Below the pieces are notes generated by a model. The model was not told the DNA's origin. It saw only the letters and a program-made list of their open reading frames with translations, and did no database searches. Positions 16,460-24,238 of a DNA stretch of 29,807 nt are shown piece after piece. The number at the start of each line of letters is the position of its first letter. Position 1 is the first letter of the stretch. The stretch is from Archangium sp. (GTDB lineage Bacteria; Myxococcota; Myxococcia; Myxococcales; Myxococcaceae). The stretch is taken from NCBI GenBank assembly GCA_031367385.1, contig JANLPS010000026.1, positions 1 through 29,807 on the forward strand. Reading direction: 5' to 3'. The position numbers and the translations under genes were made by a program.

Positions 16460-17194
16460 CTACTTGATCTCAACCTTCTTCCCGATGGTCTTCTCAGGCG
16501 TCTCGCCGACCTCAGCCACCGGCGCCGGGCTGCTCAACCCCATCTCCATCTTGAACTGCTTCACCAGCTCATTGGCCTGAATCTGCTCAGCGGCCTCTTC
16601 AACCTGAAGCGTCTGATGGTCAACCGACTCGAGCGCCATCGACATGCGCGCCTCGTTCACCGCGGTCTGCTCTTCGACTTTGCGCAGCATCCCATCATGC
16701 GTCGCATCGATGCCCGCGCCCCCGAACGACTCCATCGCGTCGGCGACCTTCGACTGCCACTTCGAGCGGCGGGCATCGCGAATCGCGGCCATCGCTTCTT
16801 GGGTCTTTCGGTCTTTCTCGCGCATGAACATCTTCTTGACGTTCAAGGCCTTCTCGTACGCCGACTTGGCGGTGGCGAGCTGGGCTTCGTTGCGTGAGAG
16901 GGCTCCGCGCTCCATCTGCAAGCGGGTCGCGTACTGCGCGGCGAGATCATCACGCCCGGCCTGAATCGCGGCCTTCACCTTGGCGGTCAGGTCACCGACC
17001 TCTTGCCGGTACTTGGCGTTCTCTTTTTCGAGCAGGGTCTGGTTCGCCCGAACCATGGCGATCGACTCGTTCATCTTCGGCACCTGATCATTCAGGTCGC
17101 GAATGTTCTGCTCGAGAATCAATTCGGGGTCTTCAATCGTGCTGACGAAGAAACCGGCGAAGCTACGCATTGCGCGCTTGAAGCGTTGCCACAT
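16460..17194 (-). CDS. pspA: PspA/IM30 (Vipp1/ESCRT-III superfamily) protein
   Basis: Amphipathic N-terminus MWQRFKRAMRSFAG, then IEDPELILEQNIRDL and a long coiled coil with AIQAGRDDLA. 244 aa. Confidence 0.92.
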   Translation of the reverse strand: MWQRFKRAMRSFAGFFVSTIEDPELILEQNIRDLNDQVPKMNESIAMVRANQTLLEKENAKYRQEVGDLTAKVKAAIQAGRDDLAAQYATRLQMERGALSRNEAQLATAKSAYEKALNVKKMFMREKDRKTQEAMAAIRDARRSKWQSKVADAMESFGGAGIDATHDGMLRKVEEQTAVNEARMSMALESVDHQTLQVEEAAEQIQANELVKQFKMEMGLSSPAPVAEVGETPEKTIGKKVEIK

Positions 17195-17286
17195 GGCGGG
17201 CCCATCTCCCAGGAAAGTGCTGCGGTGACTCTACACGGTTTCAGCCGAACGTCGCGACCAGACGTCGCACTGCGTCGTCGATTGCA

Positions 17287-18513
17287 TCAGCGTCGGCGCC
17301 AGAACAGAGACAGTCTCCCCGAGCTCGCTGTTCCCCCGAAGCGAAAGGTCTCGCTGTTGAAGGTCAGGGCCGCCGCGCGAAACGCGATGGCACTGAAGAT
17401 CAGCACCGAGATCAGGGTCAGTACCACCTCGAAGGGTTGCGCGGTGTCGAGAATCACGGCTTTCACCAGCAGCGCCACGTTCAGCAGGGGCACGAGCGAG
17501 GTCAGCCAGGTCAGCTCAATGCCCGGCATCTGCGCCACCATCGCCGGAGCGAACCCGAGCAGCACCACCGGCACCATCAGCGCCTGGCCCTGCTTCATCG
17601 TCTGGGCGGTCGAGGCCACGGCCAGGGCCAGCCCACTGACCAGCGTCGCGGTCGGCAGCATGCACAGCGCCATCACCGCGATCTGCTCGACCGAGAACTG
17701 CACCGGCATCGCCGACTTGCCGGCGATCACCACGCCGAACCCAAAGGTCAACGCAGTCGCGCTCAAGTTGGCCAGCGCCGTGGTGATCGCCACGATGGTC
17801 ACCGTCGCGTACTTCGCCAGCATCACCTGCGTCGGCCGCACCGGGGCGACCAGGAGCGTCTCGAACGTCCCCCGCTCCTTTTCGCCCGCGGTGGTGTCGA
17901 TGGCGGCCTGAACCGCTCCGGTGATCAGCGTGGTGAGCAGCAAAATCGGCAACAGCGACGCCGCCATCAGGCGACCCAAGCTGTCTTTCAAGTCGAGGTC
18001 GACCGGGTCGGTCTTCACTGGCTGCATGAACGCGGCATCGAGCGACTTCTCATCGAGCCGCTTCTGCAACAGCTCGACGTTGAGTGAGTCGAGTACCGGG
18101 CGCATGCGGTCGAGCGCCTCGCGAGAGCGATCGAAGCGCTTGGCGTACATCACGGTCACCACCGCCTGCTTGCCCGCGCCGAGCGAGTCGACCGCGCCTT
18201 CAGGAGCGCTCACCACCGCCGCCACGGTCTGCAAGGCCAGGTCGACTTTCGCTTCTTCGAGGCTCATCGGCCGGTAGATGGTCTTGGGCGGCACTGGCCG
18301 CTGCTTGAGCAAGGCGGGCGCTTCAGGCCCCACCGTCGCGACGATCAGCTCGGTGTTCTTGAGCCTTTCGGTACCGGCCGCGATCAACACGCTCATCGAG
18401 ATGATCAGCGCCGGGTACAGCACCACCGGCAACCCCAGCGTCATGAACAGCGTGCGTCGATCGCGCACCACGTCGAGCAGCTCTTTGTGCAGCAGAATTC
18501 GAAATGGGCTCAC
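17287..18513 (-). CDS. natB: ABC-2 type permease, NatB-like
   Basis: KELLDVVRDRRT N-terminus, AIDTTAGEKERGTFETLLVAPV signature and multiple TMs. Confidence 0.8.
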   Translation of the reverse strand: MSPFRILLHKELLDVVRDRRTLFMTLGLPVVLYPALIISMSVLIAAGTERLKNTELIVATVGPEAPALLKQRPVPPKTIYRPMSLEEAKVDLALQTVAAVVSAPEGAVDSLGAGKQAVVTVMYAKRFDRSREALDRMRPVLDSLNVELLQKRLDEKSLDAAFMQPVKTDPVDLDLKDSLGRLMAASLLPILLLTTLITGAVQAAIDTTAGEKERGTFETLLVAPVRPTQVMLAKYATVTIVAITTALANLSATALTFGFGVVIAGKSAMPVQFSVEQIAVMALCMLPTATLVSGLALAVASTAQTMKQGQALMVPVVLLGFAPAMVAQMPGIELTWLTSLVPLLNVALLVKAVILDTAQPFEVVLTLISVLIFSAIAFRAAALTFNSETFRFGGTASSGRLSLFWRRR

Positions 18514-18522
18514 GTGTGCGCC

Positions 18523-19242
18523 TCAGGCGACCAGTTGGAGGAACGCGGCGGTGATCGATTCATGCCCGGTCTTGAGCTGCTCCGGCGTGCCTTCAGACAC
18601 CACTTTGCCTTTTCGAATGACCACCACCCGGTTGCACAGCACCTCCGCCTCATCGAGCCGGTGGGTCGAGAAGAGCACCGCCTTGCCGCGAGCCTGCGCG
18701 CGCCGCACCAGGTCGAGAATGTCTTGCGCCGCGACCGGGTCGAGGGCCGCCGTCGGCTCGTCGAGCACGTAGACCGCCGGGTCGTGCACCACCGCACGGG
18801 CAATCGAGATGCGCTGCTTCTGCCCCGACGACAGCGCCCCACACCGGCGATCGACGAAGGGGCCCAGCTCGAGCTCTTCAATCACCTCGTCGATGCGCCG
18901 GCGAAGGGCCGGGCCATCGAGGTCATGGAGCGCTCCGAAGGTCTTCATGATCTCTCTGCCAGTGAGCCGCTCGTACAGCCCCGTGCTCGAGGTCAGAAAG
19001 CCCAGCTGCATGCGGGCCTCGGTGGGCCGCCGCTGCACGTCGATGCCGCCGATGCGGGCGGTGCCTGAAGAGGGCGTCAGCAAGCCCGCAAGCACCCGTA
19101 ACGCGGTCGTTTTACCCGCGCCGTTGGGGCCCAGCAGCCCGACCACCTCCCCGGGAGCGACCGTCAGGGAGACCTCGTCAACGGCCAACAGGTCACCAAA
19201 GCGGCGCGACACTTTCACCAGCTCAAGGGCTTGAGTCGTCAC
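18523..19242 (-). CDS. natA: ABC transporter ATP-binding protein, NatA-like
   Basis: GPNGAGKTT, GLYERLTGRE, LSSGQKQRISIARAVVHDP, LDEPTAALD and STH. Start placed at GTG 19242, 2 nt after the upstream stop. Confidence 0.85.
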   Translation of the reverse strand: MTTQALELVKVSRRFGDLLAVDEVSLTVAPGEVVGLLGPNGAGKTTALRVLAGLLTPSSGTARIGGIDVQRRPTEARMQLGFLTSSTGLYERLTGREIMKTFGALHDLDGPALRRRIDEVIEELELGPFVDRRCGALSSGQKQRISIARAVVHDPAVYVLDEPTAALDPVAAQDILDLVRRAQARGKAVLFSTHRLDEAEVLCNRVVVIRKGKVVSEGTPEQLKTGHESITAAFLQLVA

Positions 19243-19244
19243 GG

Positions 19245-21212
19245 TTATCGACCAGTATCGACGGAGTCTCCAGCGCGCACGGCAGACATGCGTTGACCGA
19301 ACGGGGCCGTGCCCCACGCGATGTCGGTGAACGCGTTCTGGTTCACCACGAAGTCGATGGCGTAGTCGCCCTTGGGTACGCGCAGGGTGTAGGTGCCGGC
19401 GCCTCCGCTGAAGCCCCAGGTGAACTCGCGGCCGTCTTCACCGCGCAGCACCACGCCGACCTCTTCGCCAGGCACCGAGTCGGGCACGACCTTGCCATTC
19501 ATGCGAATCGGGCCGGTGACCAACGTGGTGTCGTACCGCAGGTCAACGCTGATCGGTTGATCGACCAAGACCCTCGAGACCAGCAACTGCCGCCCGGTGG
19601 CGTAGTCAGGGTACGCGTTGCGGTCGATGATGAAATAAATCTCGTATTCACCCTTCGGCAGCCGAGCGCGAAATTCGCCGTCTTGCGAGGTGACCACACG
19701 CTTGCGAAACCAGCTGTTCTGCCCTTCGAGGGCCCGGTTGCGAAACCACAATTGCCCTGCCACCACACCGGCGGGAGGCGGCGCGCCATCGATGCGCAGC
19801 GTGCCGGTGAGCACGGCGGTCTCGATGTTGACGGGGAGTGAGCGGTTGGCGTGCACCTGAACGTAACGGTCGATGATGTAGAACCCATTCACCAAATCGT
19901 CAGCGAAGTTCTCGTCGATGCCGAGCACGGTGAAGTAGTTGCCCTCGAAGATGCGCAGCGAGAACGACGACGCATCCATCGGGACTTCGTAGAGGAGGCC
20001 GCTCTGGGTGTTGGTCGCGCCCTGGTACCCGTACATGTACATCTTCCAGGTGTAATTGGGGTTCGGGCGAATCGGCTGGCCGTCGATGAGCAGGCCGCCT
20101 TCGACGCGGTAGCTCACGAAGTTGCCCGAGACCCGGCCATCGGCGGTGGTGAGGTCGAGCTGCGAGGTGAGCTGCTGGTTGAAGACCGCAGCCGGCAGCT
20201 CGCGGTCGGGCACCCGCTCGAAGTTCACCGTCACCGCGTATTTGCCGACCGGCACCAGGCCTGAATAGGTGGCGACTCCGCCTTCGTGGTGGGTGCGCAC
20301 CGAGGGGTCGCTGTCGCCGGGCTGAACGAACTCGAGGTTGTAGTCGAAGCCCGCCTTGCGATCGGGGAAGGGCTGGCCGTCGATGGTGATGGTGCCCTCG
20401 ACCAGGCGGGTCGGCACGTCGATGTCGAGCGGCAGATCTCGGTCGAGGGTGAGCTCGCCTGGGGTCAACCGGTAGCCGATGAGGTCAGTGCCTTGAAGCG
20501 CGCGGGCCGGAGTATCGAGCAGCAAGGCGAAGTGGCCGTCCATCAAGCGAACGTCGAAGGCGCCGTGCGAGCTCATCGCTGAGACGGTCTGAACCTGCGG
20601 CGTGCCTCCCAAGGCGGTGAGGAAGATGTCGTTGGGCGCGTTGGTGCCAGAGAACGGCAGGCCCGAGAACTGCGCGGTGCCGCGAATGGCGTGGCTCGAG
20701 GTCGCGAAGTCGCGCTTCTGATCGGTGCGCATGTCGAGCGTGCCGAGGTCTCGATACCCCTGGTGCGTCGCGAAGACGCCAGACGGTTGGTACCGAAGAA
20801 TGTCGTATTGGCTGCGCAAGACCTGGGTCGAATACCCGCCCAGCGAGTCGATGGGCCGGTCAATCTCGGCGCTGTAATTGCCCGCGACGAATTGAATTCG
20901 TACCGGGCCTGGCGCCGGAGCGCCGTTGAGCAACGCCTGCCCACTCAAGGTGCGGAGCGCGACACAGAGCCCGAACTCGACTGCTCCATCGAGCTGCGCG
21001 AAGGCCTCTTGCGGGCAGGGTTCGCCGGCGTAGTTGGTCGACCAGACGACGCCAGCGTCGGTGATGCCCGGGCCTGCGTCGGCTCCAGCATCGGTGCGGT
21101 GCGGCGGTACGACGATGATGCCTGCGTCACCTGGGGCCTGCGGGGGCGGTGGGCACCCCAAGCCTGTCAGGGCGAGGCCAAGCACCACCGCCGTGAACCA
21201 GGGAGAACGCAC
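19245..21212 (-). CDS. Lipoprotein with six tandem beta-sandwich (carboxypeptidase-regulatory/transthyretin-like) repeats
   Basis: Start placed at GTG 21212, giving MRSPWFTAVVLGLALTGLG|C (lipobox) and a DAG-rich linker. Six repeats begin LSGQALLNG, IRGTAQFSG, VEGTITIDG, VEGGLLIDG, LTGTLRIDG and VTGPIRMNG. Confidence 0.75.
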   Translation of the reverse strand: MRSPWFTAVVLGLALTGLGCPPPPQAPGDAGIIVVPPHRTDAGADAGPGITDAGVVWSTNYAGEPCPQEAFAQLDGAVEFGLCVALRTLSGQALLNGAPAPGPVRIQFVAGNYSAEIDRPIDSLGGYSTQVLRSQYDILRYQPSGVFATHQGYRDLGTLDMRTDQKRDFATSSHAIRGTAQFSGLPFSGTNAPNDIFLTALGGTPQVQTVSAMSSHGAFDVRLMDGHFALLLDTPARALQGTDLIGYRLTPGELTLDRDLPLDIDVPTRLVEGTITIDGQPFPDRKAGFDYNLEFVQPGDSDPSVRTHHEGGVATYSGLVPVGKYAVTVNFERVPDRELPAAVFNQQLTSQLDLTTADGRVSGNFVSYRVEGGLLIDGQPIRPNPNYTWKMYMYGYQGATNTQSGLLYEVPMDASSFSLRIFEGNYFTVLGIDENFADDLVNGFYIIDRYVQVHANRSLPVNIETAVLTGTLRIDGAPPPAGVVAGQLWFRNRALEGQNSWFRKRVVTSQDGEFRARLPKGEYEIYFIIDRNAYPDYATGRQLLVSRVLVDQPISVDLRYDTTLVTGPIRMNGKVVPDSVPGEEVGVVLRGEDGREFTWGFSGGAGTYTLRVPKGDYAIDFVVNQNAFTDIAWGTAPFGQRMSAVRAGDSVDTGR

Positions 21213-21294
21213 TCCTTGGTTGTATGCAAAGCCCGACCGAGACGCCAACCTTGGCCGTCGTGCGATGCGCCGCACCCCCAACGCCGGTCGACGA

Positions 21295-21652
21295 TCAGCG
21301 TGACGTTTGAGCGTTTCGCGCGACCTCAGCACCGCCCTCGGGATCGTGGCTTGCCCACTTCGGCAAGCTGCAGTGCAAGCACCGCGACGCAAATGGGTTG
21401 CGCACAAGCCAGGTGGCGAAAAATCTCTTATTGCACCGAGGGCAGCGGAAGTACCCGGCGCCGACGACGGTCACGGCGATGAAGAGAAACCAGGCTCCAA
21501 CGAAGAGGGGGACAATTCGCGGGGCATCGAGCCATCTGCGCACTTGAAACACCAGAAGAGCAAATGGCACGTGCCCGATGAACGCCACCAGTCGCAGCCG
21601 GGCCCAGGTTCGGTACCGTTGCCACGCACGTGCGTAAGTCAGCGTCTCCCAT
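21295..21652 (-). CDS. Small 2-TM membrane protein with a C-terminal zinc ribbon (CPRC...CLHC); 5' end uncertain, possible frameshift after ATG 21652
   Basis: ORF 21295..21588 has two TMs and CxxC-x16-CxxC. The same frame stays open upstream (WETLTYARAWQRYRTWARLRLV). ATG 21652 would be in frame if one G of ATGGGAG were removed. Confidence 0.55.
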
Positions 21653-21700
21653 TGCGCGGCCCGTTATCGTACTCTGGGGCCGAGGTCACTGGCTCACTCA

Positions 21701-21722
21701 GAGGGGCTGACAGAGCCCCCTC
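21701..21722 (-). terminator. Possible hairpin/terminator downstream of the 21740 gene
   Basis: GAGGGGCT-gacag-AGCCCCCTC inverted repeat with one bulge. No strong U-tract. Confidence 0.35.
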
Positions 21723-21739
21723 CGAGAGCTCAACGTGGC

Positions 21740-22480
21740 TTACCCAGTGATGGGCTCAGGCACCGGGGGCGCATCGGGGGCACCCCGCTTGGTGACGACG
21801 CGTGAACCGAGCAAGGGCACGTGCTCGTCGACGTCACGCAGATAAATGGCCGCGCCGTGCAGCCACAGCTGATCATACTGGGCGGCGACCAGGGTCCACA
21901 CGCGGGTCTGGAGATCGCGCGCCTCCTGCAACGCCCGGTTTGGCACTTCGGAGGTCCCCTCGGGGGTGGCGATGGCAAGGTACGCCTTGGCGCGTTCGAC
22001 CCGCTCGTCGAGCAGCTCGGCGCCGAACATCTTCGACTTGAGCTTGGGCTTGCGGTTGACGATTGAAGCAATCGCAATCACATCTTGGGCGGCGTCCATC
22101 GAGCCGCTGCCAGCCCGAATGCGCTCGACGTCTTTGGGGTCGATGATGCCGTTGACGCCCCACGCTTCGAGCTGCGGCATCAGCGACTCGCGATCTTTCC
22201 AAATCTGAGCGACGAGCTGGAGGTTGATCTTGCTCTTGGGCCTCGCCTCATCGAGCCGCTCGGTTGCCTCCTGGAGCGCGTCGAGGAGCACCGTGAGCCT
22301 CGGCTCGGCGGGGACGTACTTCTTGAAGAGCCGCTTGAGGGTCTCGTGGTGGGGCTCGATCGCCGCGATGCCGATTCGCGCGTTTTGGCGCACCACATCG
22401 AGCGCGAACACGAAGGCCTTCAGGTTTCCTGAAGAGAGGGCGGCGGCTTGGACGAAAACGGCGTTGAAGATGGCTTGCAT
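21740..22480 (-). CDS. Hypothetical all-alpha protein
   Basis: Start placed at ATG 22480 because of RBS AAGGAG 8 nt upstream (MQAIFNAVFV...). 246 aa, helical composition, GC3-rich codons. Confidence 0.7.
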   Translation of the reverse strand: MQAIFNAVFVQAAALSSGNLKAFVFALDVVRQNARIGIAAIEPHHETLKRLFKKYVPAEPRLTVLLDALQEATERLDEARPKSKINLQLVAQIWKDRESLMPQLEAWGVNGIIDPKDVERIRAGSGSMDAAQDVIAIASIVNRKPKLKSKMFGAELLDERVERAKAYLAIATPEGTSEVPNRALQEARDLQTRVWTLVAAQYDQLWLHGAAIYLRDVDEHVPLLGSRVVTKRGAPDAPPVPEPITG

Positions 22481-22865
22481 GGCAGTGCTCCTTGGGTGCG
22501 ACGGGTTGGTGCGACAAGGGGCTCTGACGGGGCTCGCACCCGGGCATTCAAAGCCCCACATCGTTTTCCCCATCGATTTCGCAACCCATCGGTTTTTGGG
22601 CAGTTGAGTGCCTCCAAACCCTAAGGCGTCAGGGCTGAGCCACCTCGAAGTGCCCTCCCGGCCCTCAGTGCTCAGGGCGGGAGGGGGTTCACCATGCCGT
22701 TTCGCCCTGAGCGCTCAGCCTTGGTCGGGCATGCGGGTGCCACCCTCCCCTGAAGATTGAGGGCGCGAAGACAGGTCAGTGGTGGTCGCGCGATGAGCAC
22801 TCATGGCTTCAGCGCAACGTCACAGACAAGCGACCTCATAGACGCCCCGTATTAAGCCGGGGCCC

Positions 22866-23705
22866 ATGAGCTACTCGTTTTACGTCAAGACAGGCACGGC
22901 CCCTGCCCTCGGCGAATTGATGAAGGCCGTTGATATCGCCGGTGACCTCCATTGCGCCGAAGCGGGCCATGACGGTGAGGCCGTCAAGCTCGGTGGCGAG
23001 CACTTCGCACATCTGTATCGATACGGCCTCTCAACCAGGGGCGTCGAGCTGGCCCACAGCGAGGGGGCCTTTCAAGCGCGCGTGATGACGGCGTCGAGTG
23101 AAGACGAGTACGACTTGGCGCTGCGGCTCTGTGAGGCGGTCGCTCGTCGCGCGGGCGCCTCGACCATCGAAGCCGAAGAAGGCGAGACGTTCGCGGTGGG
23201 CACCCGCGGCAGCTTCGATGCGTCGTGGGTGCGATTCATGGTCTCGAGCGGCGCTCAAAGCCTGCTCGCGATGCAGGCTCAAGGCCCCGCCCAGATGTCA
23301 GGCCCCCTGCGGGGGTTCACATTCGGCCCGAGGTGCGCCGCGAAGCTGCAAGCCCTCGCCGCGGCCGACCGCCCTGCTGCGCTCACCGCCATGATGCGCC
23401 GCGTGCAGTACCCCGATGACGACGTATTCGTGGCGAGTACGTTTCGCGTCACGCCGCCCGGAGGAGGCGCACCGTTCACCATGTCCGTGCTCGGCAGCGA
23501 CTGCGACGCGCTGTTTGCCCGAGTCGACGTGCTGTCACTGTCATTGGGCCCGAAATCGAGAGCGTTGCCCATCGACGTGCCGTTCGAAACCGCGTCGACG
23601 CTCCTGGCGCCTCGGTGGGAGTGGCTCAGCGATGATCACGCCCTCGTCTCAGCCGTACCCGAAGCCGAATGGGGCCAGTTGCTCGCGCGAGCCTCGAAGC
23701 GGTGA
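22866..23705 (+). CDS. DUF4299-like protein
   Basis: MSYSFYVK...STRGVEL...ARVMTASSEDEYDLALRLCEAVA resembles the DUF4299 N-terminal pattern as recalled. Not searched. Confidence 0.55.
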   Translation: MSYSFYVKTGTAPALGELMKAVDIAGDLHCAEAGHDGEAVKLGGEHFAHLYRYGLSTRGVELAHSEGAFQARVMTASSEDEYDLALRLCEAVARRAGASTIEAEEGETFAVGTRGSFDASWVRFMVSSGAQSLLAMQAQGPAQMSGPLRGFTFGPRCAAKLQALAAADRPAALTAMMRRVQYPDDDVFVASTFRVTPPGGGAPFTMSVLGSDCDALFARVDVLSLSLGPKSRALPIDVPFETASTLLAPRWEWLSDDHALVSAVPEAEWGQLLARASKR

Positions 23706-23720
23706 GCATTCGGCGACCGC

Positions 23721-24092
23721 TTACGGTTTCGAGTTCTTGTCTTTTTTCGAGAGCGCCACGATGCCGTCTTTTTCGACCATATCGACGCCGACGGTCCGCA
23801 ACGCCGCGGCCAAGATTTTCGCCAACTGTGCCGGCCCAGCCGCCGCTTCCAGAGGCAAATAAATCGAGAACTTCAGATCGTTGACTTCGGCCGAGAACAC
23901 GATCGGTTTGCAGAGGGCCTTCGCGAAGATCTGAGCGACGTGGCTGAGATCGGTATCGACCAGATACAGCTCGGTTCGGGCCGAAGCGGGCAAGCACTTT
24001 TCGCCGTGCCAAGAGTTCGCAGCGCCAACGCCAGGGACAGGCGCTGGTGCAGGTTCGGCGAGAAGCACAGCAGCCAACAGCAGGGTGAGCAT
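23721..24092 (-). CDS. Small secreted protein with a stand-alone secretin (GspD) N0-like domain
   Basis: Signal peptide MLTLLLAAVLLA, then LYLVDTDLSHVAQIFAKALCKPIVFSAEV..KFSIY..LAKILAAALRTVGVDMVEKDGIVAL, which follows the GspD N0 pattern. Confidence 0.6.
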   Translation of the reverse strand: MLTLLLAAVLLAEPAPAPVPGVGAANSWHGEKCLPASARTELYLVDTDLSHVAQIFAKALCKPIVFSAEVNDLKFSIYLPLEAAAGPAQLAKILAAALRTVGVDMVEKDGIVALSKKDKNSKP

Positions 24093-24238
24093 CGGCACGC
24101 TTTACGCCACCGCGGCGCTGCGTCGAGGCCCGAATCAGCGAGCGACCGTGGTGCTCAGCGACAGTCGAGTAGACCTGACGCGCCGTAGGCCACGACGGCC
24201 TGGCTGCGCCGACCGACGGCGTGCTAGCGGCGGCCCGC

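Noticed and set aside
21213..21407. ORF-track N-terminal extensions (21407, also 3568, 10962, 19317, 22573, 26337)
   Set aside because: They overlap neighbouring genes or precede clear signal peptides/RBS, so downstream starts fit better.
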